Source of the DNA: a virus
Lineage: Duplodnaviria; Heunggongvirae; Uroviricota; Caudoviricetes
Virus record (IMG/VR): IMGVR_UViG_2667527789_000018
Span: 1 to 31,427 of that record
DNA length: 31,427 bases
Reading direction: 5' to 3' (one strand)
Shown here: in pieces, positions 8,084 through 17,330 of the stretch
Layout of the letters: each line of letters opens with the position of its first letter
Position numbering within the stretch: position 1 is the stretch's first letter
The notes under the pieces: model-generated
What the model was told of the DNA's origin: nothing
What the model saw: only the letters and a program-made list of their open reading frames with translations
Databases searched by the model: none
Position numbers and translations under genes: made by a program

Positions 8084-9118
8084 TCAGCCGTTGTCAGTGT
8101 CCAGTGAGTAGTTTTTAAAGCGGATGACCTCCTGACCGAGCCAGCCGTTTATTTCCCGAATTCTGTCCTGTAACGGGATAAGCTCATTGCGGACAAAGAC
8201 CTTTGCCACTTTCTCAATATCTCCCAGTGACCCGACGTTCTCCGGCTTGCCGCCCATCAACTGAAAGGGGATACGGTGCGAGTCCAGCAGGTCAGCGGTG
8301 CTGGCTTTTTTGATATTAAAAAAATCGTCCTTCGTTGCCACTTCACTGAGCGGGATAATTTTAATGCCGTCGGCTTTTCCCTGCGGGGCATAGAGAAACA
8401 GATTTTTAAAGTTGTTGCGGCCTTTCGACTTGACCATGTTTTCGCGAAGCATTTCGATATCGTTGCGATCCTGCACGGCATCAGTGACGTACATGATGTA
8501 TCCGGCATGTGCGCCGTTTTCGTAATACTTGCGGCGGAACAGCGTGGCTGACTCATTCAGCCAGGCAGAGTTAAGGGCGCTGAGATATTCCGGCATGCCG
8601 TACAGCTCCTGATTAATATCCGGCTCCAGCAGATGAAACACGGAGCCGGGCGCGAAGGCTGTCGGCTCGTTGAAGGACGACACCCACCAGTAAACATCCT
8701 CCTCCACGCCACGGCGGGTATATTTTGCCGGTGAGGTTTCCAGTCTGATGACCTTACCGGTGGTGCTGTAACGCTTTTCCAGAAACGCATTACCGAACAC
8801 CAGAAAATCCAGCACAAAGCGGCTGAAATCCTGCTGAGAAAGCCACGGATGCGGAATAAACGTTGAAGCCAGAATATTGCGTTTAACGTAAATCGGCGAG
8901 CTGTGATGCACGGCAGCACGCAGGCTTTTTGCCAGACCGGTAAAGCTGACCGGTGGCTCATACCATCTGCCGTTACTGATGCACTCGACGTAATCCAGAA
9001 TGTCACGGCGGTCGAGAACCGGCACCGGCTCGCCAAAGGTGAATGCCTCCATTTTCGGTGCACTGGCGGTCATTGTTTTTGCCGCAGGTTGCGGTGTTTT
9101 CCCTTTTTTCTTGCTCAT
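8084..9118 (-). CDS. Q: portal protein gpQ
   Basis: 344 aa (P2 Q length as recalled); leftward operon Q-P next to cos; start ATG overlaps P stop (ATGA on minus strand). Confidence 0.9.
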   Translation of the reverse strand: MSKKKGKTPQPAAKTMTASAPKMEAFTFGEPVPVLDRRDILDYVECISNGRWYEPPVSFTGLAKSLRAAVHHSSPIYVKRNILASTFIPHPWLSQQDFSRFVLDFLVFGNAFLEKRYSTTGKVIRLETSPAKYTRRGVEEDVYWWVSSFNEPTAFAPGSVFHLLEPDINQELYGMPEYLSALNSAWLNESATLFRRKYYENGAHAGYIMYVTDAVQDRNDIEMLRENMVKSKGRNNFKNLFLYAPQGKADGIKIIPLSEVATKDDFFNIKKASTADLLDSHRIPFQLMGGKPENVGSLGDIEKVAKVFVRNELIPLQDRIREINGWLGQEVIRFKNYSLDTDNG

Positions 9119-10890
9119 CAGTAAAACTCCAGAATGGTGGATGTCAGCGGGGTGCTGATACTGGCGGTGAGTGGCTCATTTAACAGGGCGTGCATGGTCG
9201 CCCAGGCGAGGTCGGCGTGGCTGGCTTCCTCGCTGCGGCTGGCCTCATAGGTGGCACTGCGTCCGCTGCTGGTCATGGTCTTGCGGATAGCCATAAACGA
9301 GCTGGTGATGTCGGTGGCGCTGACGTCATATTCCAGACAGCCACGGCGGATGACGTCTTTTGCCTTGAGCACCATTGCGGTTTTCATTTCCGGCGTGTAG
9401 CGGATGTCGCGCGCGGCGGGATAGAACGAGCGCACGAGCTGGAACACGCCGACACCGAGGCCGGTAGCATCAATACCGATGTATTCGACGTTGTATTTTT
9501 CGGTGAGTTCGCGGATGGATTCAGCCTGGGTGGCAAAGTCCATGCCTTTCCACTGGTGACGCTCAAGTATTCTGAATTTGCCACCGGCCACCACCGGCGG
9601 TGCCAGTACCACGCATCCGGCACTGTCGCCACGGTGTGACGGGTCGTAACCAATCCATACCGGGCGGGAGCCGAACGGATTGGCGGCAAAGGGTGCATAG
9701 TCTTCCCATTCTTCCAGCGTGTCGACCATGCAGCGTTGCAGCTCCTCGAACGGGAACACCGACGCCTTGTCGTCAACAAATTCACACATGAACAGGTTTT
9801 TAAAATCGTCGGCGCTGTTTTCACGTTTGAGCTGCTCAATGTCGAACAACGTGCAGCCGCCTTTCAGCGCGTCCTCAATGGTGACAATCTGCCGCCACTG
9901 GCCGTCCGCACAGAGAAGACCTCCGGCAAGTGCGTTATGACTGACGTCGATTTCCACGCGTTCGGCGGCGCTGGCGCGTCCCCGGTTAAACAGTTCACCG
10001 GACCAGAACGGATAGGCGTCGTGCGCCAGCGTGGACGGGGTGGAGAAATAGGTCGAGCGCAGGTGACTCTGTGAGGCCATACCTGATGCCACCTTTCGCA
10101 GTACCTGAAAATTCGGGATCCAGAAAATCTCGTCGACGTACAGGTCGCCGTTATGGCTCTGTGCGGTGTTGGAGTTGGTGCCGAGAAAAATCAGTTTTGC
10201 GCCGTTATTGCCCAGGACAATCGGGTCACCGGTCAGGTCAACGTCAACCAGACGGGCAAAGGCGATGATGTATTCGCGGAACACATACGCCTGCGTTTTA
10301 CTGGCCGACAGAAAAATCTGGTTATGACCGGTTTTCAGGGCGCGCAGCAGCGCCTCGCGGGAAAAATAAAACGTTGCGCCAATCTGGCGGGATTTCAGGA
10401 TATCGCGAATGCGGTGCTCAAGCCCGGCGCGATACCAGTGCAACTGATATTCGAAAGACTGCTCAAAGAAAATCTGCTCCAGCTTTTCGATGGCCTCGTC
10501 ACTGAAAAAATTCTTTTTCGGTTTGCGACGCCCGCCTTTGTTGCGGTTAGCGACGTTCGGATTAAGGTCTGCCTCGTTGCCGGTCTGGCTGTAGCGGTTG
10601 ACCCGTGCCAGTCGTTCAATCTGGCGTCCGAGCAGGTCAATTTCCTTGAAGTCACCGCCGGTTTTCTGCGGTTTGATGATGAGCTGGGTCAGCCGCGCTT
10701 CCAGACTCATTTCGACACGGCTGATGGGGGCAACGCTGTCCCAGCCGTCGCGCTGTTTCCAGCTCTGCACCGTCGGGCGTTTCATCTGCAACATGGCGGC
10801 AATCTGCGGCACGGAAAACCCCTGCCAGTACAGCAGCGCCGCCTGACGACGCGGGTCGTGTAAAAGAGTGGTGTCTGTGGTGATGGTCAT
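9118..10890 (-). CDS. P: terminase large (ATPase) subunit gpP
   Basis: ATG at 10890 with GAGG SD gives 590 aa (P2 P length as recalled); the tracked ORF extends 10 codons further to 10920 from a non-ATG start. Confidence 0.9.
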   Translation of the reverse strand: MTITTDTTLLHDPRRQAALLYWQGFSVPQIAAMLQMKRPTVQSWKQRDGWDSVAPISRVEMSLEARLTQLIIKPQKTGGDFKEIDLLGRQIERLARVNRYSQTGNEADLNPNVANRNKGGRRKPKKNFFSDEAIEKLEQIFFEQSFEYQLHWYRAGLEHRIRDILKSRQIGATFYFSREALLRALKTGHNQIFLSASKTQAYVFREYIIAFARLVDVDLTGDPIVLGNNGAKLIFLGTNSNTAQSHNGDLYVDEIFWIPNFQVLRKVASGMASQSHLRSTYFSTPSTLAHDAYPFWSGELFNRGRASAAERVEIDVSHNALAGGLLCADGQWRQIVTIEDALKGGCTLFDIEQLKRENSADDFKNLFMCEFVDDKASVFPFEELQRCMVDTLEEWEDYAPFAANPFGSRPVWIGYDPSHRGDSAGCVVLAPPVVAGGKFRILERHQWKGMDFATQAESIRELTEKYNVEYIGIDATGLGVGVFQLVRSFYPAARDIRYTPEMKTAMVLKAKDVIRRGCLEYDVSATDITSSFMAIRKTMTSSGRSATYEASRSEEASHADLAWATMHALLNEPLTASISTPLTSTILEFY

Positions 10891-11063
10891 GAATACCTCG
10901 CCGTGATGAATACACGGCAAGGCTACTGAGTCGTGCCCCGCGATTCGCTAAGGTGCTGTTGTGTCAGTGATAAGCCATCCGGGACTGATGGCGGAGGATG
11001 CGTATCGTCGGGAAACTGATGCCGACATGTGACTCCTCTAATCACTATTCAGGACTCCTGACA

Positions 11064-11918
11064 ATGGCAAAAAAAGTCTCAAAATTCTTTCGTATCGGCG
11101 TTGAGGGTGACACCTGTGACGGGCGTGTCATCAGTGCGCAGGATATTCAGGAAATGGCCGAAACCTTTGACCCGCGTGTCTATGGTTGCCGCATTAACCT
11201 GGAACATCTGCGCGGCATCCTGCCTGACGGTATTTTTAAGCGTTATGGCGATGTGGTCGAACTGAAGGCGGAAAAGATTGACGACGATTCGGCGCTGAAA
11301 GGCAAATGGGCGCTGTTTGCGAAAATCACCCCGACCGATGACCTTATCGCGATGAACAAGGCCGCGCAGAAAGTCTACACCTCAATGGAAATTCAGCCGA
11401 ACTTTGCCAATACCGGCAAATGTTATCTGGTGGGGCTGGCCGTCACCGATGACCCGGCAAGCCTCGGCACGGAATACCTGGAATTCTGCCGCACGGCAAA
11501 ACACAACCCCCTGAACCGCTTCAAATTAAGCCCTGAAAACCTGATTTCAGTGGCAACGCCCGTTGAGCTGGAATTTGAAGACCTGCCTGAAACCGTGTTC
11601 ACCGCCCTGACCGAAAAGGTGAAATCCATTTTTGGCCGCAAACAGGCCAGCGATGACGCCCGTCTGAATGACGTGCATGAAGCGGTGACCGCTGTTGCTG
11701 AACATGTGCAGGAAAAACTGAGCGCCACTGAGCAGCGCCTCGCTGAGATGGAAACTGCCTTTTCCGCTCTTAAGCAGGAGGTGACTGACAGGGCGGATGA
11801 AACCAGTCAGGCATTCACCCGCCTGAAAAACAGTCTCGACCACACCGAAAGTCTGACCCAGCAGCGCCGCAGCAAGGCCACCGGCGGTGGCGGTGAAGCC
11901 CTGATGACGAACTGCTGA
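11064..11918 (+). CDS. O: capsid scaffolding protein gpO
   Basis: ATG at 11064 (MAKKVSKFFRIG) gives 284 aa; divergent from P; followed by major capsid gene. Tracked ORF starts upstream at 10998. Confidence 0.88.
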   Translation: MAKKVSKFFRIGVEGDTCDGRVISAQDIQEMAETFDPRVYGCRINLEHLRGILPDGIFKRYGDVVELKAEKIDDDSALKGKWALFAKITPTDDLIAMNKAAQKVYTSMEIQPNFANTGKCYLVGLAVTDDPASLGTEYLEFCRTAKHNPLNRFKLSPENLISVATPVELEFEDLPETVFTALTEKVKSIFGRKQASDDARLNDVHEAVTAVAEHVQEKLSATEQRLAEMETAFSALKQEVTDRADETSQAFTRLKNSLDHTESLTQQRRSKATGGGGEALMTNC

Positions 11919-11976
11919 CCGGCGTCAGTCAGTCCGGGAAAACCTTCACGATTAACCCTTAATTTCAGGAAAAACT

Positions 11977-13050
11977 ATGCGCCAGGAAACCCGCTTTAAA
12001 TTTAATGCCTACCTGTCCCGTGTTGCCGAACTGAACGGCATCGACGCCGGTGATGTGTCGAAAAAATTCACCGTTGAACCGTCGGTCACCCAGACCCTGA
12101 TGAACACCATGCAGGAGTCCTCTGACTTTCTGACCCGCATCAACATTGTGCCGGTCAGCGAAATGAAAGGGGAAAAAATTGGTATCGGTGTCACCGGCTC
12201 CATCGCCAGCACCACCGACACCGCCGGTGGCACCGAGCGTCAGCCGAAGGACTTCTCGAAGCTGGCGTCTAACAAGTACGAATGCGACCAGATTAACTTC
12301 GATTTTTATATCCGCTACAAAACGCTTGACCTGTGGGCGCGTTATCAGGATTTCCAGCTCCGTATCCGTAACGCCATTATCAAACGCCAGTCCCTTGATT
12401 TCATCATGGCCGGTTTTAACGGCGTGAAGCGTGCCGAAACCTCTGACCGCAGCAGCAATCCGATGTTGCAGGATGTGGCGGTCGGCTGGCTGCAGAAATA
12501 CCGCAATGAAGCCCCGGCGCGCGTGATGAGCAAGGTCACTGACGAGGAAGGCCGCACCACCTCTGAGGTTATCCGCGTGGGTAAGGGCGGTGATTATGCC
12601 AGCCTTGATGCACTGGTGATGGATGCGACCAACAACCTGATTGAGCCGTGGTATCAGGAAGACCCTGACCTTGTGGTGATTGTGGGGCGTCAGCTACTGG
12701 CGGACAAGTATTTCCCCATCGTTAACAAGGAGCAGGACAACAGCGAAATGCTGGCCGCTGACGTCATCATCAGCCAGAAACGCATCGGTAACCTGCCGGC
12801 GGTACGCGTCCCGTACTTCCCGGCGGATGCGATGCTCATCACGAAGCTGGAAAACCTGTCCATCTACTACATGGATGACAGCCATCGCCGCGTGATTGTG
12901 GAAAACCCGAAACTCGACCGCGTGGAGAACTACGAGTCAATGAACATTGATTACGTGGTGGAAGACTACGCCGCCGGTTGTCTGGTGGAAAAAATTAAGG
13001 TCGGTGACTTCTCCACACCGGCTAAAGTGACCGCAGAGCCGGGAGCGTAA
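11977..13050 (+). CDS. N: major capsid protein gpN
   Basis: 357 aa, position O-N-M; SD AGGA upstream of ATG. Confidence 0.92.
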   Translation: MRQETRFKFNAYLSRVAELNGIDAGDVSKKFTVEPSVTQTLMNTMQESSDFLTRINIVPVSEMKGEKIGIGVTGSIASTTDTAGGTERQPKDFSKLASNKYECDQINFDFYIRYKTLDLWARYQDFQLRIRNAIIKRQSLDFIMAGFNGVKRAETSDRSSNPMLQDVAVGWLQKYRNEAPARVMSKVTDEEGRTTSEVIRVGKGGDYASLDALVMDATNNLIEPWYQEDPDLVVIVGRQLLADKYFPIVNKEQDNSEMLAADVIISQKRIGNLPAVRVPYFPADAMLITKLENLSIYYMDDSHRRVIVENPKLDRVENYESMNIDYVVEDYAAGCLVEKIKVGDFSTPAKVTAEPGA

Positions 13051-13053
13051 CCG

Positions 13054-13797
13054 ATGACGAGTCCCGCACAGCGCCACATGATGCGGGTCTCGGCAGCGAT
13101 GACCGCGCAGCGGGAAGCCGCCCCGCTGCGACATGCAACTGTCTATGAGCAGATGCTGGTTAAGCTCGCCGCAGACCAGCGCACACTGAAAGCGATTTAT
13201 TCAAAAGAGCTGAAGGCCGCGAAAAAACGCGAACTGCTGCCGTTCTGGTTGCCGTGGGTGAACGGCGTGCTGGAGCAGGGCAAAGGTGCACAGGATGACA
13301 TTCTGATGACGGTCATGCTGTGGCGTCTGGATACCGGCGATATTGCCGGTGCGCTGGAGATTGCCCGTTATGCCCTGAAGTACGGTCTGACCATGCCGGG
13401 TAAACACCGCCGTACCCCGCCGTACATGTTCACCGAGGAGGTGGCGCTTGCGGCCATGCGCGCTCACGCTGCCGGTGAGTCTGTGGATACCCGCCTGCTG
13501 ACGGACACCCTTGAACTGACTGCCGCTGCTGACATGCCTGATGAAGTGCGCGCAAAGCTGCACAAAATCACCGGTCTGTTTCTGCGTGACGCTGGTGATG
13601 CCGCAGGGGCGCTGGCACACCTGCAACGTGCGACACAGCTCGACTGTCAGGCAGGCGTCAAAAAAGAGATTGAACGACTGGAGCGGGAGCTGAAACCGAA
13701 GCCGGAGCCGCAGCCCAAAGCGGTCACCCGCGCCCCCCGTAAGACACGGAGCGTGACACCGGCAAAACGTGGACGCCCGAAAAAGAAAGCCAGTTAA
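13054..13797 (+). CDS. M: terminase small (endonuclease) subunit gpM
   Basis: 247 aa; basic lysine-rich C-terminus; position N-M-L. Confidence 0.9.
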   Translation: MTSPAQRHMMRVSAAMTAQREAAPLRHATVYEQMLVKLAADQRTLKAIYSKELKAAKKRELLPFWLPWVNGVLEQGKGAQDDILMTVMLWRLDTGDIAGALEIARYALKYGLTMPGKHRRTPPYMFTEEVALAAMRAHAAGESVDTRLLTDTLELTAAADMPDEVRAKLHKITGLFLRDAGDAAGALAHLQRATQLDCQAGVKKEIERLERELKPKPEPQPKAVTRAPRKTRSVTPAKRGRPKKKAS

Positions 13798-13896
13798 CAA
13801 CCGAATGCGCCCCGCGCCAGGGCGGCACGCCGGTCAGTGAGGGTGAATCACCTGACACTGCACCGGCGTCCACCGCCCGACTTTTCAGAGGTAGTC

Positions 13897-14406
13897 ATGA
13901 TGACGCTGATTATTCCGCGAAAGGAGGCTCCCGTGTCCGGTGAGGGTACGGTGGTCATCCCGCAACCGGCAGGCGACGAGCCGGTGATTAAAAACACGTT
14001 CTTTTTTCCCGATATCGACCCGAAGCGCGTCCGGGAACGTATGCGCCTTGAGCAGACCGTCGCCCCCGCCCGTCTGCGTGAGGCCATCAAGTCAGGCATG
14101 GCGGAGACGAATGCGGAGCTGTACGAGTACCGCGAACAGAAAATTGCTGCCGGTTTTACGCGTCTGGCGGACGTCCCGGCGGACGACATCGACGGTGAAA
14201 GCATCAAAGTTTTTTACTACGAGCGCGCCGTGTGTGCGATGGCAACCGCATCGCTTTATGAGCGTTATCGCGGCGTGGATGCCAGTGCGAAAGGCGACAA
14301 GAAGGCCGACAGCATTGACAGCACCATTGATGAGCTGTGGCGGGATATGCGCTGGGCAGTGGCGCGCATCCAGGACAAGCCGCGCTGCATCGTGAGTCAA
14401 ATCTGA
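13897..14406 (+). CDS. L: head completion / stabilisation protein gpL
   Basis: ATG 13897 (MMTLIIPRKEA) with GAGG SD gives 169 aa; the tracked ORF begins at 13837. Confidence 0.85.
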   Translation: MMTLIIPRKEAPVSGEGTVVIPQPAGDEPVIKNTFFFPDIDPKRVRERMRLEQTVAPARLREAIKSGMAETNAELYEYREQKIAAGFTRLADVPADDIDGESIKVFYYERAVCAMATASLYERYRGVDASAKGDKKADSIDSTIDELWRDMRWAVARIQDKPRCIVSQI

Positions 14407-14609
14407 TGAAGACCTTTGCGCTACAGGGCGACACGCTCGACGCCATTTGTGTCCGGTATTACGGGCGCACTGAGGGCGTGGTTGAGACCGTGCTCGCCGC
14501 AAATCCGGGACTGGCTGAACTGGGCGCGGTGCTGCCGCACGGCACCGCCGTCGAACTGCCCGACGTTCAGACCGCGCCCGTGGCTGAAACTGTCAATCTG
14601 TGGGAGTAA
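14406..14609 (+). CDS. X: tail protein gpX
   Basis: ATG 14406 overlapping L stop; 67 aa (MKTFALQGDTLDAICVRYYG...); the tracked ORF 14337-14609 includes an upstream extension. Confidence 0.8.
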   Translation: MKTFALQGDTLDAICVRYYGRTEGVVETVLAANPGLAELGAVLPHGTAVELPDVQTAPVAETVNLWE

Positions 14610-14612
14610 CGC

Positions 14613-14894
14613 ATGACAGCAGAAGAAAAAAGCGTCCTGTCGCTTTTCATGATTGGGGTGCTGATTGTTGTCGGCAAGGTGCTTGCCGGTGGTGAACCCA
14701 TCACCCCGCGTCTGTTTATCGGGCGCATGTTGCTCGGTGGTTTTGTCTCGATGGTTGCCGGTGTTGTTCTGGTGCAGTTTCCTGACCTGTCACTGCCTGC
14801 GGTGTGCGGTATCGGCTCCATGCTGGGTATCGCCGGTTATCAGGTGATTGAGATTGCCATTCAGCGCCGCTTTAAGGGCAGGGGGAAACCGTAA
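14613..14894 (+). CDS. Y: holin gpY
   Basis: 93 aa with hydrophobic transmembrane segments and a basic C-terminus (RRFKGRGKP); first gene of the lysis cassette. Confidence 0.88.
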   Translation: MTAEEKSVLSLFMIGVLIVVGKVLAGGEPITPRLFIGRMLLGGFVSMVAGVVLVQFPDLSLPAVCGIGSMLGIAGYQVIEIAIQRRFKGRGKP

Positions 14895-15391
14895 TGCCGG
14901 TTATTAACACGCATCAGAATATCGCCGCCTTTCTCGACATGCTGGCCGAGTCCGAAGGGACGGCAAACCATCCGCTGACGAAAAACCGGGGCTATGACGT
15001 GATAGTCACCGGACTGGACGGGAAGCCGGAAATTTTCACCGACTACAGTGACCACCCGTTCGCACATGGCCGACCGGCGAAGGTGTTTAACCGTCGCGGT
15101 GAAAAATCCACGGCCTCCGGTCGCTATCAGCAGCTTTACCTGTTCTGGCCGCATTACCGCAAACAGCTTGCCCTGCCGGATTTCAGTCCGTTGTCACAGG
15201 ACAGACTCGCCATTCAGTTGATCCGCGAACGCGGTGCACTGGATGACATCCGGGCGGGGCGCATTGAGCGCGCCATTTCACGCTGTCGCAATATCTGGGC
15301 GTCCCTGCCGGGTGCCGGTTACGGTCAGCGTGAGCATTCACTGGAAAAACTGGTCACCGTCTGGCGTACCGCTGGCGGCGTACCGGCTTAA
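14894..15391 (+). CDS. K: endolysin (lysozyme family) gpK
   Basis: 165 aa soluble protein directly after the holin; start overlaps holin stop (TAATG). Confidence 0.88.
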   Translation: MPVINTHQNIAAFLDMLAESEGTANHPLTKNRGYDVIVTGLDGKPEIFTDYSDHPFAHGRPAKVFNRRGEKSTASGRYQQLYLFWPHYRKQLALPDFSPLSQDRLAIQLIRERGALDDIRAGRIERAISRCRNIWASLPGAGYGQREHSLEKLVTVWRTAGGVPA

Positions 15392-15405
15392 ACGGAGTAA
15401 ACACC

Positions 15406-15831
15406 ATGAAGAAATTATCCCTTTCACTGATGCTGAACGTGTCGCTGGCGCTGATGCTGGCACTGTCCCTGATTTACCCGCAGAGCGTGGCCGTCAGTTT
15501 TGTCGCTGCCTGGGCGATTCTGGCGACGGTTATCTGTGTGGTTGCCGGTGGTATCGGCGTGTATGCCACTGAGTATGTGCTGGAACGCTACGGGCGGGAG
15601 CTGCCGCCGGAATCGCTGGCCGTGAAGATTGTCACGTCGCTGTTTTTGCAGCCAGTGCCGTGGCGCAGACGGGCGGCGGCTCTGGTGGTGATGGTGGCGA
15701 CGTTTATCTCGCTGGTCGCTGCCGGGTGGATTTTTACCGCGCTGATTTATCTCGTGGTATCGGTGTTCTTCCGGCTGATACGTACGGCCTGCCGTCAGCG
15801 TTTTGAGGTGCGGGAACCATGTCAAAGCTGA
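15406..15831 (+). CDS. lysA: lysis-timing membrane protein LysA
   Basis: 141-aa polytopic hydrophobic protein after the endolysin; GGAG SD. Confidence 0.85.
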   Translation: MKKLSLSLMLNVSLALMLALSLIYPQSVAVSFVAAWAILATVICVVAGGIGVYATEYVLERYGRELPPESLAVKIVTSLFLQPVPWRRRAAALVVMVATFISLVAAGWIFTALIYLVVSVFFRLIRTACRQRFEVREPCQS

Positions 15832-16244
15832 TGATTGTGCTGGTTGTGTTGTTATCACTGGCGGTGGCCGGTCTGTTTCTGGCGAAGCATGAAAACGCCA
15901 GCCTGTGCGCCTCACTGGACAGGGCGAACAACGTTGCCAGTGAACAGCAGACGACCATCACCATGCTGAAAAATCAGCTTCATGTTGCCCTCACCAGGGC
16001 AGACAAAAACGAGCTGGCGCAGGTTGCACTGCGTCAGGAGCTGGAGAACGCCGCGAAACGTGAAGCACAGCGCGAGAAAACCATCACGAGGTTACTTAAT
16101 GAAAACGAAGATTTTCGCCGCTGGTACGGCGCTGACCTGCCTGATGCTGTGCGCCGGTTGCACCAGCGCCCCGCCTGCGCAGACGCCAGTGATTGTCGCC
16201 AACGCCTGCCCGAAAGTGAGCCTTTGCCCGATGCCGGGCAGTGA
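15819..16244 (+). CDS. lysB: Rz-like inner-membrane spanin LysB
   Basis: 141 aa with N-terminal transmembrane helix (LMIVLVVLLSLAVAGLFLA) and charged helical periplasmic region. Confidence 0.85.
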   Translation: MSKLMIVLVVLLSLAVAGLFLAKHENASLCASLDRANNVASEQQTTITMLKNQLHVALTRADKNELAQVALRQELENAAKREAQREKTITRLLNENEDFRRWYGADLPDAVRRLHQRPACADASDCRQRLPESEPLPDAGQ

Positions 16245-16389
16245 CCCGCAGAAGAACGGCGATTTAAGTGCCGATATCCGGCAGCTTGAGAACGCGCTGG
16301 CACGCTGTGCCAGCCAGGTAAAAATGATTAAACACTGTCAGGACGAAAACGATGCTCAAACCCGACAGCCTGCGCAGGGCGCTGACTGA
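16099..16389 (+). CDS. lysC: Rz1-like outer-membrane lipoprotein spanin LysC, embedded in +1 frame of lysB
   Basis: ATG 16099 with GAGG SD; signal peptide and lipobox (LMLCAGC|TS), Pro-rich mature part; 96 aa; overlaps the lysB 3' end and the R start. Confidence 0.8.
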   Translation: MKTKIFAAGTALTCLMLCAGCTSAPPAQTPVIVANACPKVSLCPMPGSDPQKNGDLSADIRQLENALARCASQVKMIKHCQDENDAQTRQPAQGAD

Positions 16390-16819
16390 TGCCGTCACGG
16401 TGCTGAAAACCAGTCCAGAGATGCTTCGGATATTCGTGGATAACGGGAGTATTGCCTCCACGCTGGCGACGTCGCTGTCGTTCGAAAAGCGTTACACGCT
16501 CAATGTCATTGTGACCGACTTTACCGGTGATTTTGACCTGCTCATCGTGCCGGTGCTGGCGTGGCTGCGGGAAAATCAGCCCGACATCATGACCACCGAC
16601 GCAGGCCAGAAAAAGGGCTTCACGTTTTATGCGGACATCAACAATGACAGCAGCTTTGATATCAGCATCAGCCTGATGCTGACTGAGCGCACGCTGGTCA
16701 GTGAGGTGGACGGCGCGCTGCATGTGAATAATATCCCGGAACCCCCGCCGCCGGAGCCGGTCACCCGCCCGGTGGAGCTTTATATCAATGGTGAACTGGT
16801 GAGTAAGTGGGATGAATGA
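16352..16819 (+). CDS. R: tail completion protein gpR
   Basis: 155 aa; position lysC-R-S as in P2. Confidence 0.85.
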   Translation: MLKPDSLRRALTDAVTVLKTSPEMLRIFVDNGSIASTLATSLSFEKRYTLNVIVTDFTGDFDLLIVPVLAWLRENQPDIMTTDAGQKKGFTFYADINNDSSFDISISLMLTERTLVSEVDGALHVNNIPEPPPPEPVTRPVELYINGELVSKWDE

Positions 16820-17264
16820 GTTTAAGCGTTTTGAAGACCGGCTGACCGGACTGATTGAGTCGCTGTCACCGTCAGGGCGTCGGCGACTGAGTGCCGAACT
16901 GGCAAAACGTCTGCGACAGAGTCAGCAGCGTCGGGTGATGGCACAGAAAGCCCCGGACGGCACACCCTACGCGCCACGCCAGCAGCAGAGCGCCAGAAAA
17001 AAGACCGGTCGCGTTAAGCGAAAAATGTTTGCGAAACTTATCACCAGTCGTTTTTTGCATATCCGCGCCAGCCCTGAACAGGCATCAATGGAGTTTTACG
17101 GCGGGAAGTCACCGAAAATAGCCAGTGTGCATCAGTTCGGTCTGTCGGAAGAAACCCGGAAAGACGGAAAGAAAATTGATTATCCGGCGCGTCCTCTGCT
17201 CGGCTTTACCGGTGAGGATGTGCAGATGATTGAAGAGATTATCCTGGCTCACCTCGACCGTTAG
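16812..17264 (+). CDS. S: tail completion protein gpS
   Basis: 150 aa; start overlaps R stop. Confidence 0.85.
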   Translation: MNEFKRFEDRLTGLIESLSPSGRRRLSAELAKRLRQSQQRRVMAQKAPDGTPYAPRQQQSARKKTGRVKRKMFAKLITSRFLHIRASPEQASMEFYGGKSPKIASVHQFGLSEETRKDGKKIDYPARPLLGFTGEDVQMIEEIILAHLDR

Positions 17265-17330
17265 TTGTGCCATTCCCGACACCTCATCGTTACATTGCCG
17301 CCGGTATGACCCGGCGGCATCCTTCCCGTT

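Noticed and set aside
8257-9063. Plus- and minus-strand ORFs of 91-168 aa inside the portal gene Q (8257-8556, 8276-8551, 8557-9063, 8903-9124)
   Set aside because: Alternative-frame ORFs inside a well-supported GC-rich structural gene; no SD or start context and Arg/Ser/Cys-rich low-complexity translations typical of out-of-frame reading.
9190-10915. Many ORFs of 63-236 aa in other frames within the terminase gene P (for example 10153-10863 plus strand, 236 aa)
   Set aside because: Out-of-frame or antisense to a conserved 590-aa terminase; compositions are Arg/Gly/Ala-rich as expected from high-GC frame artefacts.
13201-13800. 199-aa minus-strand ORF antisense to gpM
   Set aside because: Fully contained within the terminase small subunit gene on the opposite strand; no independent support.
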